From an uncultured Candidatus Saccharibacteria bacterium (GTDB lineage: Bacteria > Patescibacteriota > Minisyncoccia > Phycocordibacterales > GWA1-40-21): DNA of 64,000 nt. Below are positions 19,293 through 30,064 of this stretch, piece after piece. The notes beneath the pieces were generated by a model. It worked only from the letters and a program-made list of their open reading frames with translations. It was not told the origin of the DNA and ran no database searches. The stretch lies in the NCBI GenBank assembly GCA_964539415.1, contig CAZIID010000001.1, positions 11,979 through 75,978 on the forward strand. Direction: 5' to 3'. Each line of letters begins with the position of its first letter. The stretch's first letter is position 1. Made by a program: the position numbers and the translations under genes.

Positions 19293-19730
19293 ATGCAACA
19301 ATATCAAGTTCCACAATTTATAGAAGTTGAAGACAAGATTTTTGGGCCTTTAACACTCAAACAATTCATCTACATAGTAGGTGCTGCTGGTTTATCTTTC
19401 TTAATTTATAGATTTATACCTTATTCTTTTATATCTTTTCCTATAATATTTGCTGTTATAGCACTCGGACTAGCTCTTGCGTTCTACAAGGTAAATAACA
19501 GGTCTTTTATCTTTATGATGGAATCAGCTTTTTATTACTATATTGGTAGCAAATTATATATTTGGAAGAAAAAAGAAAAAACACCAGAAAGAAAAGCAGT
19601 AATGCAACCAAAAACAGCTAACACAGTATATGTTCCAAGATTAACCGAAAGTAAACTACGAAATCTTACTTGGAGCTTGGATATAAATGAAAAGATTGAT
19701 TCAACAAAAGGAAGACCCTCAGTGAAATAA
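19293..19730 (+). CDS. PrgI family (VirB3-like) membrane protein
   Basis: YQVPQFIEVEDKIFGPLTLKQF followed by two TM helices. Confidence 0.85.
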   Translation: MQQYQVPQFIEVEDKIFGPLTLKQFIYIVGAAGLSFLIYRFIPYSFISFPIIFAVIALGLALAFYKVNNRSFIFMMESAFYYYIGSKLYIWKKKEKTPERKAVMQPKTANTVYVPRLTESKLRNLTWSLDINEKIDSTKGRPSVK

Positions 19731-19796
19731 CAGAACAAATTTCACAAGGTAGAAATAAATTACACTTTAATTATTTTGTAGTGTATAATATTAGAA

Positions 19797-20444
19797 ATGG
19801 CGACATCAAACGCTAAGGCGACACAAGATTTTATACCAGTAAAAGAAGTTAGGGATGGCATCATGGTTCTCAAAGATGGTTCATTGAGAGCTATCGTGAT
19901 GGTATCTTCTCTTAACTTTGCTCTAAAATCTCCAGACGAACAAGATGCTATTATTTATCAATTCCAAAACTTTCTAAACTCTTTGGATTTCTCTGTTCAG
20001 ATATGTATTCAATCAAGAGAACTTGATATAAGACCTTATATAGCACTACTTGAAGAGAGACTAAAAAACGAGCTGAATGAACTACTCAGAATGCAAATAA
20101 AAGAATATGTTCAATTCGTCAGAGCTTTCGTAGAACAGTCAAACATAATGACAAAAACATTCTTCACTGTCATTCCATACTCACCAAGTTTTATAAACCA
20201 AGGTTCATCACCATTTTCAAAATTTTCTGGAAGTTCATCAAACAAAGAAAAACAAACAAAAGAACAAGAACAAAATAGACTTTTTGAAGAGAGCAGAACA
20301 CAGTTAGAGCAGAGGACAAGTGTCGTTCAACAAGGACTTACAAGATGTGGATTAACAAGTATTCAGCTTGGTACAGATGAAATGGTAGAGCTTTTATATA
20401 AAACATTTAATCCAGGAGATATGGGTAAGCCTGCAGTTCAATAA
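19797..20444 (+). CDS. T4SS-associated protein resembling the VirB4/TraC N-terminal region
   Basis: V...NFALKS..EQ.AII..FQ.FLNSL...QI pattern; lies between PrgI and VirB4. Confidence 0.7.
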   Translation: MATSNAKATQDFIPVKEVRDGIMVLKDGSLRAIVMVSSLNFALKSPDEQDAIIYQFQNFLNSLDFSVQICIQSRELDIRPYIALLEERLKNELNELLRMQIKEYVQFVRAFVEQSNIMTKTFFTVIPYSPSFINQGSSPFSKFSGSSSNKEKQTKEQEQNRLFEESRTQLEQRTSVVQQGLTRCGLTSIQLGTDEMVELLYKTFNPGDMGKPAVQ

Positions 20445-20448
20445 AAAT

Positions 20449-22269
20449 ATGGGTATATTTGATTTTTTAAAAAACAATAAAGAAAAAGAACAGGAATTAA
20501 CATCTTTTTTACCGCATGAAATATATCAGGCTGGTGTACTTGAATTACAAGATGTTATCGCACCTTCTGCACTTAAAATAACACCAAATGAACTAAATCT
20601 CGGGGAAAAGATAGTAAAAACTTTCTTCGTTATTTCATATCCAAGATTTTTAGCACAAAGCTGGTTTGCTCCTATTATAAATCTAGACAAAATTTTTAAT
20701 GTTTCTATTTTCATACACCCGCTAGATACAACACAAATATTAAAACAGTTTCAAAAGAAAGTTGCAGAAGTTCAAAGCCAAATAAATACAAGAGAGAAAA
20801 AGGGTTTAGTTAGAGATCCACAGCTTGATATTGCTTATCAAGATCTAGAATCACTTAGAGATAACCTCCAGCAAGCCCAAGAAAAGCTTTTTGATACAGC
20901 TATTTATATTTCTATATATGGAAATACAGAAGAAGAAGTAAACAAACTTGAAGCAGAAATAAAATCAATCCTTGAATCAAAAATGATTTATGTAAAACCT
21001 GCACTTTTCCAACAAGAACAAGGCTACAAGAGCGTTCTACCTATAGCAACAGATGAATTAAAAGTATATTCCAAGCTCAATTCTTCACCACTTTCAAGTA
21101 TTTTCCCATTCGTTTCTTTTGACCTCACACAAGACAAGGGAATACTCTATGGTATAAACAGACACAATTCAGGTCTTGTTTTATTTGATAGATTTTCTCT
21201 AGAAAACTACAACTCTATTACTTTTGCAAAATCTGGATCAGGTAAATCATATATGTTAAAGCTTGAGATTCTTAGAAGTTTGATGTTTGACATAGACGTT
21301 ATGGTAATAGACCCCGAAAAAGAATATGAGTTCTTGGCAGAAGCCACAGGCGGAAAATCTTTCAATATTTCTTTAAACTCAAATAGCAATATTAACCCTT
21401 TTGACCTTCCAACACCTAGGGAAGATGAGTCTACGTCAGATGTTCTAAGATCAAACATTATAAACCTCGTTGGTTTGTTTAGAATAATGTTGGGCGGATT
21501 AAGTGCAGAAGAAGACTCTATTATTGACCAAGCTGTAGCAGAAACTTATGCCTTAAAGGATATTACCCCCGACTCAGATTTTTCAAACATTGAACCACCA
21601 CTACTTTCAGATTTTGAGCTTGTTCTTTCTGGTATGCAAGGCGCAGAAAGTCTTGTCCAAAAACTTTCTAAATATACTAGAGGAACATGGTCAGGTTTCT
21701 TAAATAGACCAACAAACGTAGATATCAACCACAAATTTATAGTATTTTCTATAAGAGATATGGAAGATGAGCTTAAACCCGTCGCGATGTATCTTGTTAC
21801 CAGATATATTTGGAATGCTGTAAGAAGAAACTTAAAGAAAAGACTGCTTGTTGTGGATGAGGCTTGGTGGATGATGAAATCAGAAGATACAGCTTCTTTC
21901 TTATACAGTATGGCAAAAAGAGGAAGAAAATATTTCTTGGCTCTTGCTACAATAACGCAAGACGTTGATGATTTCTTAAAATCTCCTTATGGACAGCCGA
22001 TTGTAGCAAACTCTTCAATTCAAATTCTTCTCAAACAATCTCCGTCTGTTGTAGACAATCTACAAAAAGTATTTAATCTTACCGATGAAGAAAAATATCT
22101 TCTACTTGAATCTAATGTGGGGGAGGGAATATTCTTCGTAGGACAAAAACACATTGCGATAAAGGTTACAGCTTCATACACTGAAGATCAGATCATAACT
22201 TCAGATCCATCCCAAATACTCGCTATTAAAAAGGCCAAAGAAGAACTCAGAAGCTCAACTGGTTTATAA
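20449..22269 (+). CDS. virB4: VirB4-like T4SS ATPase
   Basis: AKSGSGKS Walker A, VIDPEKEY, INPFD, LVVDEAW, RGRKY and ITQ motifs. Confidence 0.9.
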   Translation: MGIFDFLKNNKEKEQELTSFLPHEIYQAGVLELQDVIAPSALKITPNELNLGEKIVKTFFVISYPRFLAQSWFAPIINLDKIFNVSIFIHPLDTTQILKQFQKKVAEVQSQINTREKKGLVRDPQLDIAYQDLESLRDNLQQAQEKLFDTAIYISIYGNTEEEVNKLEAEIKSILESKMIYVKPALFQQEQGYKSVLPIATDELKVYSKLNSSPLSSIFPFVSFDLTQDKGILYGINRHNSGLVLFDRFSLENYNSITFAKSGSGKSYMLKLEILRSLMFDIDVMVIDPEKEYEFLAEATGGKSFNISLNSNSNINPFDLPTPREDESTSDVLRSNIINLVGLFRIMLGGLSAEEDSIIDQAVAETYALKDITPDSDFSNIEPPLLSDFELVLSGMQGAESLVQKLSKYTRGTWSGFLNRPTNVDINHKFIVFSIRDMEDELKPVAMYLVTRYIWNAVRRNLKKRLLVVDEAWWMMKSEDTASFLYSMAKRGRKYFLALATITQDVDDFLKSPYGQPIVANSSIQILLKQSPSVVDNLQKVFNLTDEEKYLLLESNVGEGIFFVGQKHIAIKVTASYTEDQIITSDPSQILAIKKAKEELRSSTGL

Positions 22270-22276
22270 TAACTTT

Positions 22277-23317
22277 TTGAAAAAAACAATCCGTGTTATA
22301 ATTTTAAGAATGATTTTAGGTAAAATCAAAAAACTTTTAAGTATATCTTTTGCTTTAGTGTTCTTTTTAACATTTAGTTTTTCAACGAATGTTTTTTCTC
22401 AATCCAGCTCAATATATAATCCCAAAATATCAATAAGCCCATCAAATCCAAAATATGGTCAAGATGTTACTGTTTCTGTAAGCTTAATTTCTATAAATAT
22501 AGACAGTGCAAATATCCTTTGGCAAGTAAACGGAGTTACAAAAAAACAGGGAACAGGTGAGAAAACTTTTTCTTTCAAGACCGACAGCACAGGAAAAACT
22601 TCTTTGGTAAAAGTAATAATTACAGAATCAGATGGAACAACCTATGAAAACAGCTACGAAATAGCACCTTCAGAAGTTGATCTTATAATAGAACCTCTAT
22701 CTTTTGTTCCTCCATTTTATAAAGGTAAATCAGCCTTTGTTCCACAAGGAAGTGCAAAAATCGTTGCTATTACAAATATTCTTTCAGATGGAACTAAAAT
22801 TTCAAATAACAACTTAATTTTTAAATGGAAAAAGAATGGAATGGTCTTATCCGATAGCTCTGGACGAGGAAAAAATACTCTCATAGTAAATGGCTCTGTG
22901 CCAATCAAAGATATAAATATAGAATTAGAAGTCTCCAATTCAACCTCAAAAGTTGTTGGTTCAAATAGTATTATTCTTACGCCATACAATACAAAAGTAG
23001 CTTTGTATGAAAACAATGCTCTATACGGAAAACTTTTCAATAAAGAACTTACAGGATATATAAATATTGGGACTCAAGAAGAATTTTTAATCGCAGCATA
23101 TCCTATGTTTTTCAATATAACAGATGAAACTGGTGATGAAATTACATACAAATGGTCTGTGGGGAATAAAAGCACAGCAACAGATGGAGATGTAAATACC
23201 TTATTGCTAAGACAAGTAGGGAATGTAGGTAATTCTTCAATTTCATTAAAAGTAGATGGTGTTTCAAGAATATTTCAGTATGGTTCAAGTGGTTTTAGTT
23301 TAATGTTTGGAGAATAA
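22277..23317 (+). CDS. Secreted Ig-like beta-sandwich hypothetical protein
   Basis: Signal peptide; repeated 'W.V/K.G' beta modules; VPPFYKGK. Confidence 0.65.
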   Translation: MKKTIRVIILRMILGKIKKLLSISFALVFFLTFSFSTNVFSQSSSIYNPKISISPSNPKYGQDVTVSVSLISINIDSANILWQVNGVTKKQGTGEKTFSFKTDSTGKTSLVKVIITESDGTTYENSYEIAPSEVDLIIEPLSFVPPFYKGKSAFVPQGSAKIVAITNILSDGTKISNNNLIFKWKKNGMVLSDSSGRGKNTLIVNGSVPIKDINIELEVSNSTSKVVGSNSIILTPYNTKVALYENNALYGKLFNKELTGYINIGTQEEFLIAAYPMFFNITDETGDEITYKWSVGNKSTATDGDVNTLLLRQVGNVGNSSISLKVDGVSRIFQYGSSGFSLMFGE

Positions 23318-23338
23318 TTATTAATTTAGAATAAAAAA

Positions 23339-23728
23339 ATGTTAAATTCCCTAATTAAAAGAAAAAACCTAGTAAAAAAGACTTTTTCTATTTTAAGTAT
23401 GTTAATAGCCTTACCTTCAATTATCTACGCAGAAGCTGTGAATTTTGTACCTTTAGAAACAAGTTCTCCTTGGGCCAAAAGCATTGACCCAAATAAACCA
23501 GCAGAATTCTTCCAAAGTGTTTTTAATACTGGTCTTGCTATCGCTGCCACACTTGCAGTTGTGATGATTATGTATGGAGGCGTAAAATATATGACAACAG
23601 ATGCATGGAATAACAAAGAAGAAGCGAAGGAAATCATTCAAAACGCCGTATATGGTCTAGTTCTTGCTTTGGTTTCTTACTTAATACTTTACACAATAAA
23701 CCCAGACATATTAAATGTTAGACTATAA
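23339..23728 (+). CDS. VirB2/TrbC-like pilin
   Basis: A..LAVVMIMYGG..YMT......AK..I.NA..GL.LAL.SYLIL.TINP. Confidence 0.78.
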   Translation: MLNSLIKRKNLVKKTFSILSMLIALPSIIYAEAVNFVPLETSSPWAKSIDPNKPAEFFQSVFNTGLAIAATLAVVMIMYGGVKYMTTDAWNNKEEAKEIIQNAVYGLVLALVSYLILYTINPDILNVRL

Positions 23729-23843
23729 TAAGTACTTGTCCCGTTGTAAATTCAGCTGATACAAGTAAAATAAAAGGGCAAGATTGTTTAAGATAATAAA
23801 TAAGATTAAAAAAAATTATGAGGATTAAAATTTTACAACTGGG

Positions 23844-25091
23844 ATGAACATATCAAAAAAATCAGCCATAATATTAATACTTGGAGCAGTAATACTTCTT
23901 ATTGGTTTATTTTTATATTTTTATTTATCTCCAACTAAAACAAACACAACAAACACTGTAGCGACTTCCACAAAAAACGTTTCTTTTGGTGATACATCCA
24001 AAACTAACAATGAAATACCGACAGATACCACAAAAACCGGCACGACAACCCAAGTAAGTTCAAATAGACCAGCAGAAACATTAAGACAAATATTTTCTGA
24101 ACCAACTTCAGGTTCTATTGTTTATACAAAAAACAAAGACACAGTAGCAAGATTTGTAGAAAGAAGTAATGGTAATGTGTATGAAGTAAAAAGAAACTCT
24201 TCTGAAACTATAAGATTGACCAATACTACTATCCCAAAAATTCAAGAAGCTATCTGGGACAAAGGTGGTAATGATATTCTTTTTAGATATCTAAATGAAA
24301 GTAGGGGAGATCAGATAGAAACATTTGCTGGAAAAATAAAACTTTCAACCTCAACTTCAAATGAATTCTTTGGTGAAATACTCGGGACTTTTTTGCCTGC
24401 TAAACTTCTTCAAGTTACAACAAACCCTTCTTCCGGTAAGATTGCTTATATTCAGAACAAGATAAACAACGACGGAACATATATTTATATATCAAATACC
24501 AATGGTTCAAATAAGGTTCAATTGGCAGATATACCACTTTCTGAGGTATCAATATCTTGGCCAAAAGAAAACACAATCGCCTTAATTACTAAACCCTCAT
24601 CAAGATACGCAGGATTCTTATACTTTATAAATACACAAGAAGGTGTTTTAAGAAAGGTTATCGGGGATGTTTGGGGTCTTAATGCTTTAGTAAATTCACA
24701 AGCAAATAAAGTTGTATACTCAAAAACATCAAGAAACGAACCTGTAATAAATTTTTATGATATGACTACAGGAGAAGACACGAGCCTCCAAATAAAAACC
24801 CTTGCAGATAAATGTGTGTGGGGAAAGAAAGATACAGAGGTTATATTCTGCGCTGTGCCAAATACAATACCAGCGGGGGATTATCCTGACAGTTGGTATC
24901 AAGGAAAAACTTTTTTCAATGATAATATCTGGAAAATTAATTTAGAGACTGGACAAAGCACAATGATACGCGATATAGCTTCAGATGGGCTCTCCATAGA
25001 CGCTATGAGCCTCGCCATAAGTGATAAAGACGACTTCTTAGTGTTTACTAATAAAAAAGATTTGTCGCTCTGGGGATTGATTATAGAGTAA
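23844..25091 (+). CDS. Membrane-anchored beta-propeller-like hypothetical protein
   Basis: N-terminal TM, Thr-rich linker, repeated beta blades, KCVW...CAVP...PD.WYQG. Confidence 0.65.
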   Translation: MNISKKSAIILILGAVILLIGLFLYFYLSPTKTNTTNTVATSTKNVSFGDTSKTNNEIPTDTTKTGTTTQVSSNRPAETLRQIFSEPTSGSIVYTKNKDTVARFVERSNGNVYEVKRNSSETIRLTNTTIPKIQEAIWDKGGNDILFRYLNESRGDQIETFAGKIKLSTSTSNEFFGEILGTFLPAKLLQVTTNPSSGKIAYIQNKINNDGTYIYISNTNGSNKVQLADIPLSEVSISWPKENTIALITKPSSRYAGFLYFINTQEGVLRKVIGDVWGLNALVNSQANKVVYSKTSRNEPVINFYDMTTGEDTSLQIKTLADKCVWGKKDTEVIFCAVPNTIPAGDYPDSWYQGKTFFNDNIWKINLETGQSTMIRDIASDGLSIDAMSLAISDKDDFLVFTNKKDLSLWGLIIE

Positions 25092-25147
25092 AGTTTTAAA
25101 TTAATAAAAATACCTCAGCGTAGAGCGCACGAGGTATTTTTATTTCC

Positions 25148-25215
25148 GTCATTGCGAGGAGGTCTTCCGACGTGGCAATCCAGAGATGGTTTGCTTCGCT
25201 TTCGCTCGCAAAGAC
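25148..25215. repeat. REP-like family B element (GTCATTGCGAG...GCAATCC with an inverted partner)
   Basis: Related copies at 19231-19270, 41210-41318, 47845-47929 and 51676-51704. Confidence 0.75.
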
Positions 25216-25248
25216 AAAATATTACCCGATACTTTGTATTGGGTAATA

Positions 25249-25713
25249 CTAGGATTTAACGTATTTTATAACCACCCTTCTTTCTTTTCCTTCACCTGTT
25301 GATTCTGTTTTTATACCACTTTCTTTTCCAAGTAAATCGTGAACCACGAGCCTTTCATATGATGACATCGGCTCCATTTCTATATCTGATTTCAAATCTC
25401 TTGCTCTATTAGCTAATATTAAGGCTTTATTCTTTAGTCTATCAACAATACTAGACTGATAATCATTTACATCAACAGAAAAAGTCTTTGAATCATCCAT
25501 TTCCACTCCTTTCATTACCATTTTCTTGATTATATGGCTAAGTGAAAAGAAAGTTTCTCCTCGATCACCAATTAATATGCCAGATTCTGATGTTCTTATG
25601 ATAAAAACAGTCCTTTTAGTAATCTCATCTTCTTTGATATCTACACTTCTAAAAGAAACACCCATTTTAGCCAATAAATCAGATATTAAAGCTTTAATTT
25701 GTTCATTGTTCAT
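25249..25713 (-). CDS. jag: Jag/EloR KH-R3H RNA-binding protein
   Basis: LIG.RGE KH motif; EPMSSYERLVVH...TES.GEG.ERRVVI R3H domain; next to yidC. Confidence 0.88.
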   Translation of the reverse strand: MNNEQIKALISDLLAKMGVSFRSVDIKEDEITKRTVFIIRTSESGILIGDRGETFFSLSHIIKKMVMKGVEMDDSKTFSVDVNDYQSSIVDRLKNKALILANRARDLKSDIEMEPMSSYERLVVHDLLGKESGIKTESTGEGKERRVVIKYVKS

Positions 25714-25714
25714 A

Positions 25715-26446
25715 TTATTGTTTTTTGAGCTTATTAGCCATTAAGACTTCTTGGATAACTGAAAAAATATTGCTTGTTATCAAATACAAAGATACAACAA
25801 TAGGGAAGCTTCTTGCAACTATAAAAATCATAAAAGGCATAACGTATTTCATTTGGGAAGTCATACTTTTAGACAATTCGTCTTTAAAGCTTGGTTTTTG
25901 GCCATCTTTTACAACTGGTTTAGGTGTTTTATTTGAAGATAAGCTTATCTGTAAGAACTGAGTAAGTGCAGCAACGAGGGCTATAAGAGTACTTTTACCA
26001 GCAACGTCTATACCAAAGAAAAACATATTTATATTTTCAGGAACTTTCACAAAAGAATACAATAGATCAAGATTAATTTGTGGTAGACCACCTTTTAGAA
26101 AAATGGCATACAAAGCCCAAAGTATTGGAAGTTGAATAATTAAAAGCAAAATACCAGAAAATGGATTTATCCCTCTGGTTTTATAAACCTCCATGATTTT
26201 CTGAGCTTGAACTTGTTTATCGTCTTTATATTTATCTTTTATCTCATCTAATTCAGGTTCTATTTTTTTCATCTCAAGCTGAGTTCTGACAGACTTCTGA
26301 GAAATAGGGAATAGTATAAAACGAACAAGAATTGTGAATAAAATCACCGCGACACCGACGTTTATCCAAGGAATATAAGCCAAAAAGACTACAAGACCGT
26401 TGTACAAAGGTTTATAAAATATTGCATTGTATAGAAAGCTAAACAT
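25715..26446 (-). CDS. yidC: Membrane insertase YidC
   Basis: ILFTILVRFILFP, INPFSG.L..IIQLPI; synteny with rnpA and rpmH. Confidence 0.93.
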   Translation of the reverse strand: MFSFLYNAIFYKPLYNGLVVFLAYIPWINVGVAVILFTILVRFILFPISQKSVRTQLEMKKIEPELDEIKDKYKDDKQVQAQKIMEVYKTRGINPFSGILLLIIQLPILWALYAIFLKGGLPQINLDLLYSFVKVPENINMFFFGIDVAGKSTLIALVAALTQFLQISLSSNKTPKPVVKDGQKPSFKDELSKSMTSQMKYVMPFMIFIVARSFPIVVSLYLITSNIFSVIQEVLMANKLKKQ

Positions 26447-26492
26447 TGTCCTCAAATTCTATACGAAAAGAATCCAAAACTCAAGGAAAAGT

Positions 26493-26819
26493 TTATTTTA
26501 AAACACAAACTTCTACCTGTTGCTTTATTTCTGGTATATCTGTGCTAATAAAAGTAGTTTTAACAAAAAAAGCAAAGTCGGTCTGTTCTTTAAATTTACT
26601 CTTATCCATCTTATCTAAAATCGCCCAAAGCCTTCTTTTTAACAAATGTCTTTGTACTGAGGTTTTTGCAACCTTTTTACCCACAACAACCACAAAACGG
26701 CTATTTTTAAAACTATTTGCCATACTTTTAACATAAAAAAACTTAAAATTAGGCCCTTTGCCAAATTTTACTACTTTTTCCATATATTCCTTAGGAATTC
26801 TATATTTTTGAGCTAACAT
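26493..26819 (-). CDS. rnpA: RNase P protein component
   Basis: RF.VVVGKKVAK.SV.R..LKRR; synteny. Confidence 0.9.
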   Translation of the reverse strand: MLAQKYRIPKEYMEKVVKFGKGPNFKFFYVKSMANSFKNSRFVVVVGKKVAKTSVQRHLLKRRLWAILDKMDKSKFKEQTDFAFFVKTTFISTDIPEIKQQVEVCVLK

Positions 26820-26863
26820 ATGTATATTATAACAAAAAAGAGGCTTAGAGCCCCTTTTTATAT

Positions 26864-27001
26864 TTAAACTGTTGAAAGTCTCTTTCTACCTTTCTGTCTT
26901 CTCTTCTTTAAGACTCTTTTACCATAAGCGGTTCTTGTTCTTGAAAGAAAGCCATGCTTTTTGGCTCTTTTTCTTTTTTTAGGTTGATATGTTTGTGACA
27001 T
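26864..27001 (-). CDS. rpmH: 50S ribosomal protein L34 (absent from the ORF track)
   Basis: Manual translation [45 protein letters not shown]. Confidence 0.96.
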   Translation of the reverse strand: MSQTYQPKKRKRAKKHGFLSRTRTAYGKRVLKKRRQKGRKRLSTV

Positions 27002-27255
27002 AAAGAGAGTATAAATCAAAATACATAAATTGTAAAGCTGATTTTAGCTTTTTCTGTTGACCACAAAACAAAAAAGAATAGGGGATTGGGGCAGTGCAAA
27101 ACAGAGCCTAAGTATATAAAAAATGGTGTAATGAAAAAAATCTTGAAGTATATGTATATACATATATAATAGTAATCAACTTATTCACAGGTTATAAACA
27201 AAAAATATTTTTATTAACATCTTGAACAACTTATAATCTTAACTGTAGATAAATT

Positions 27256-28593
27256 ATGTCTGACAATAAAACACTTTGGGAAAATGTCTTAACGCAAATG
27301 GAGCTTTCTATGTCGAAGGCGAATTTTAGTATGTGGTTTAAAGATACATATGTTCAAAAACAAGATGATGGAACAGTTTTTTTAGCTGTACCAAACGTTT
27401 TTGTAAAAGATTGGCTAATAAACAAATACCACAAAGATATATTAAAAAATCTCAGAGAGTTTGGTGAGCATATTAGAGCTGTAGAATACATAGTAGCCAA
27501 AGATGAGAGTAAGAAGCCTCAAATGGTTGTAAATAACTGTACACACACAGAACTTCCTTTAAATGACTTCTACATAAACAAGGAAGACAATCTCAATCCT
27601 AAGTACACATTTGATACTTTTGTTGTTGGCCCATTCAACGAACTTGCACACGCAGCATCTCAAGCAATATTAAAAAAGATTGTTATTTATAATCCATTTT
27701 TCGTTTATGGAAGCACTGGTCACGGAAAAACACACCTTATACAGGCACTTGGCAATCATTTTAAAAATACAGACTCAAATAAAAAGATCTTTTATATGAC
27801 CTCAGAAAAGTTTGTTAATGATTATCTAAATTCATTAAGTAATGGAACAATAAATGCTTTTAAAGAAAAATACAGAAAATATGATGTTTTAATCATAGAC
27901 GATATTCAATTCCTATCAAAGAAAGATAAGTCACAAGAAGAATTCTTCCATTTATTCAATAGCTTCCACGAAAACGGCAAGCAACTAATCTTCTCATCTG
28001 ATAAGCACCCAAACTTTATTCCTGACATTGAAGACAGAATTAAATCTAGATTTAATGCTGGTATGATAGTAGAAATTCAAAAACCAGATTTTGAATCAAG
28101 AATTCAGATATTTAAAAAGAAATCTGCAATGATAAATCTAGTTATTTCAAATGAAGTGATTGAATACTTGGCTTCTTCTGTAGAGGGGAACATAAGAGAG
28201 CTTGAAGGAATACTCAATATAATAATGTGTCAGACACAACTCAAACAAAGAGATCTAAACATTACAGAAATAAAGGAATTGTTAAAAAACAGTGGAAAAC
28301 CAAAGAAAACATTTTCAATTAAAGAAATAATAAAAACAATTGCTGATTTTTACGCAATTGAAGAGGATGAAATATACGAAAAAGGAAGAAAAAAGGAAGT
28401 TATAAAACCAAGACAGGTTATTATGTATATTCTTAGAGAAGATTTTGATATTTCTTTCCCATCTATCGGAGAAAAGGTAGGTAATAGAGATCACTCCACA
28501 GTTATTCACTCTTACGAGAAGATAAAAAATGATATGAAAGTAGACAATAATTTATTACAGGAGATAACACAAATAAGATCAATGTTGAAATAG
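27256..28593 (+). CDS. dnaA: Replication initiator DnaA
   Basis: YTFDTFVVG, GSTGHGKTHL, LIIDDIQF, NIRELEG and RDHSTV motifs. Confidence 0.98.
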   Translation: MSDNKTLWENVLTQMELSMSKANFSMWFKDTYVQKQDDGTVFLAVPNVFVKDWLINKYHKDILKNLREFGEHIRAVEYIVAKDESKKPQMVVNNCTHTELPLNDFYINKEDNLNPKYTFDTFVVGPFNELAHAASQAILKKIVIYNPFFVYGSTGHGKTHLIQALGNHFKNTDSNKKIFYMTSEKFVNDYLNSLSNGTINAFKEKYRKYDVLIIDDIQFLSKKDKSQEEFFHLFNSFHENGKQLIFSSDKHPNFIPDIEDRIKSRFNAGMIVEIQKPDFESRIQIFKKKSAMINLVISNEVIEYLASSVEGNIRELEGILNIIMCQTQLKQRDLNITEIKELLKNSGKPKKTFSIKEIIKTIADFYAIEEDEIYEKGRKKEVIKPRQVIMYILREDFDISFPSIGEKVGNRDHSTVIHSYEKIKNDMKVDNNLLQEITQIRSMLK

Positions 28594-28808
28594 TATAGAT
28601 AACTTGTGGATAATCAAAAAATAACCTGTTAATAATATATTGATAAATAAACAGATAATTTTAAACAGTTAGTTATAAACAAAAATATAAACATAGAAAA
28701 AATATAAAAAAATATTTTATGCTTATAAAATAAGGATTAAATAGTTATAAACATATACACACATATAATATTAATAATAGGTTTTTAATAGAAAATAAAT
28801 AAAATACT
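28594..28808. promoter_or_regulatory. oriC (dnaA-dnaN intergenic region)
   Basis: TGTGGATAA at 28605, GTTATAAACA variants, extremely AT-rich; TTATTCACA upstream of dnaA at 27181; apparent strand-skew switch. Confidence 0.8.
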
Positions 28809-29909
28809 ATGAAATTAGAATCTGTAAAAGATAAATTGAATGTAGCAGTCTCAAAGGCAGGGAGAATAACAAGTAAAAATCTTACATTACCTGTACTTTC
28901 TTGTTTACTTTTAGAGACAAATAAAAATTTTCTAAAGATAAAAGCCACTAACTTAGATTTAGGAGTTGAAATAATGATACCGGTCAAAACAGAGATTGAA
29001 GGTGTTGTAGCAGTTCCTGCACAAGTTATAAACAATTTTTTAAATAATTTAGAGGAAGATAAAAGTGTTTTTATAGAAAAGAAAGAAAATACACTAGAAA
29101 TAAGATCAGAAAGTAGTGTTGCAGAAATAAAGACATTTCCTATAGATGATTTTCCAACAATCCCTTCTGTTGATAATGGTAAAACATTTAAAATACAAGC
29201 TAAGGACTTTTTAAAGGGAATAAGAGCTGTTATCTATAGTTCTTCAACATCAACTGTTAAACCTGAACTTTCAAGTGTCTATATATACTCAGAAGAAGAA
29301 TATCTTGTTTTTGTTGCCACAGATTCTTTCCGTCTTGCAGAGAAAAAAGTTAAAATTAAAAAAACAGCTGATTTTGGAGGAATATTGCTACCTTATAAAA
29401 ATGCCTCAGATATTATTAAACTTTTTGAAGATATAGATGATGAACTTGAAATAAAAGTTTCAAAAAACCAACTTTCTGTTTTTTATAGTGGTTTGTATGT
29501 TGTGTCACGCGTTATTGATGGGGTGTTTCCAGATTACAAACAAATAATTCCAAAAGAAACAAAAACTCAGGTTATTGTTTTGAAACAAGATATTATAAAT
29601 TCTCTTAAATTATCAAATATTTTTTCTGATAGCTTTAATCAGATAAATTTAAAAGTTTTACCAAGTAAAAGAATTTTTCAAGCAAAAACAAAAAATCTAG
29701 ATGTTGGAGAAAATATAAATCAGATAGAGGCAACAACAGAAGGGGAGGATATAGAAATAAACTTTAATCATAGATATATTACAGATTGTCTTTCTTCTAT
29801 AGACTCTGATAGTGTATTTTTAACTTTTAATGGTATGGCTAAGCCACTTGTAATAAAAGGTGTATCTGATAAGAGTTTTACGTATTTGGTGATGCCGATG
29901 AATAGGTGA
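28809..29909 (+). CDS. dnaN: DNA polymerase III beta clamp
   Basis: LPVLS, ATNLD, VATDSFRLAE, FPDYKQIIP and YLVMPM motifs. Confidence 0.97.
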   Translation: MKLESVKDKLNVAVSKAGRITSKNLTLPVLSCLLLETNKNFLKIKATNLDLGVEIMIPVKTEIEGVVAVPAQVINNFLNNLEEDKSVFIEKKENTLEIRSESSVAEIKTFPIDDFPTIPSVDNGKTFKIQAKDFLKGIRAVIYSSSTSTVKPELSSVYIYSEEEYLVFVATDSFRLAEKKVKIKKTADFGGILLPYKNASDIIKLFEDIDDELEIKVSKNQLSVFYSGLYVVSRVIDGVFPDYKQIIPKETKTQVIVLKQDIINSLKLSNIFSDSFNQINLKVLPSKRIFQAKTKNLDVGENINQIEATTEGEDIEINFNHRYITDCLSSIDSDSVFLTFNGMAKPLVIKGVSDKSFTYLVMPMNR

Positions 29910-29920
29910 TTATTCTCTGT

Positions 29921-29994
29921 GTCATTCCCGCGAAGGCGGGAATCCAGGTTTAATCTAATATAGTCCTGGATCCCAGATCGAGTCTGGGATGACA
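29921..29994. repeat. REP-like family C inverted pair (GTCATTCCCGCGAAGGCGGGAATCC ... GGATCCCAGATCGAGTCTGGGATGAC)
   Basis: Related copies at 3758-3784 and 47936-48044. Confidence 0.8.
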
Positions 29995-30064
29995 GAAAAA
30001 ACAAAAAGGATTTTCAAGATAAAAAATTGTTCCATTAAGTTTTTATTTTATTTACACTGTTTTT

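Noticed and set aside
13390-25091. Integrative conjugative element or prophage
   Set aside because: No integrase, relaxase, att repeats or phage genes; composition matches the host
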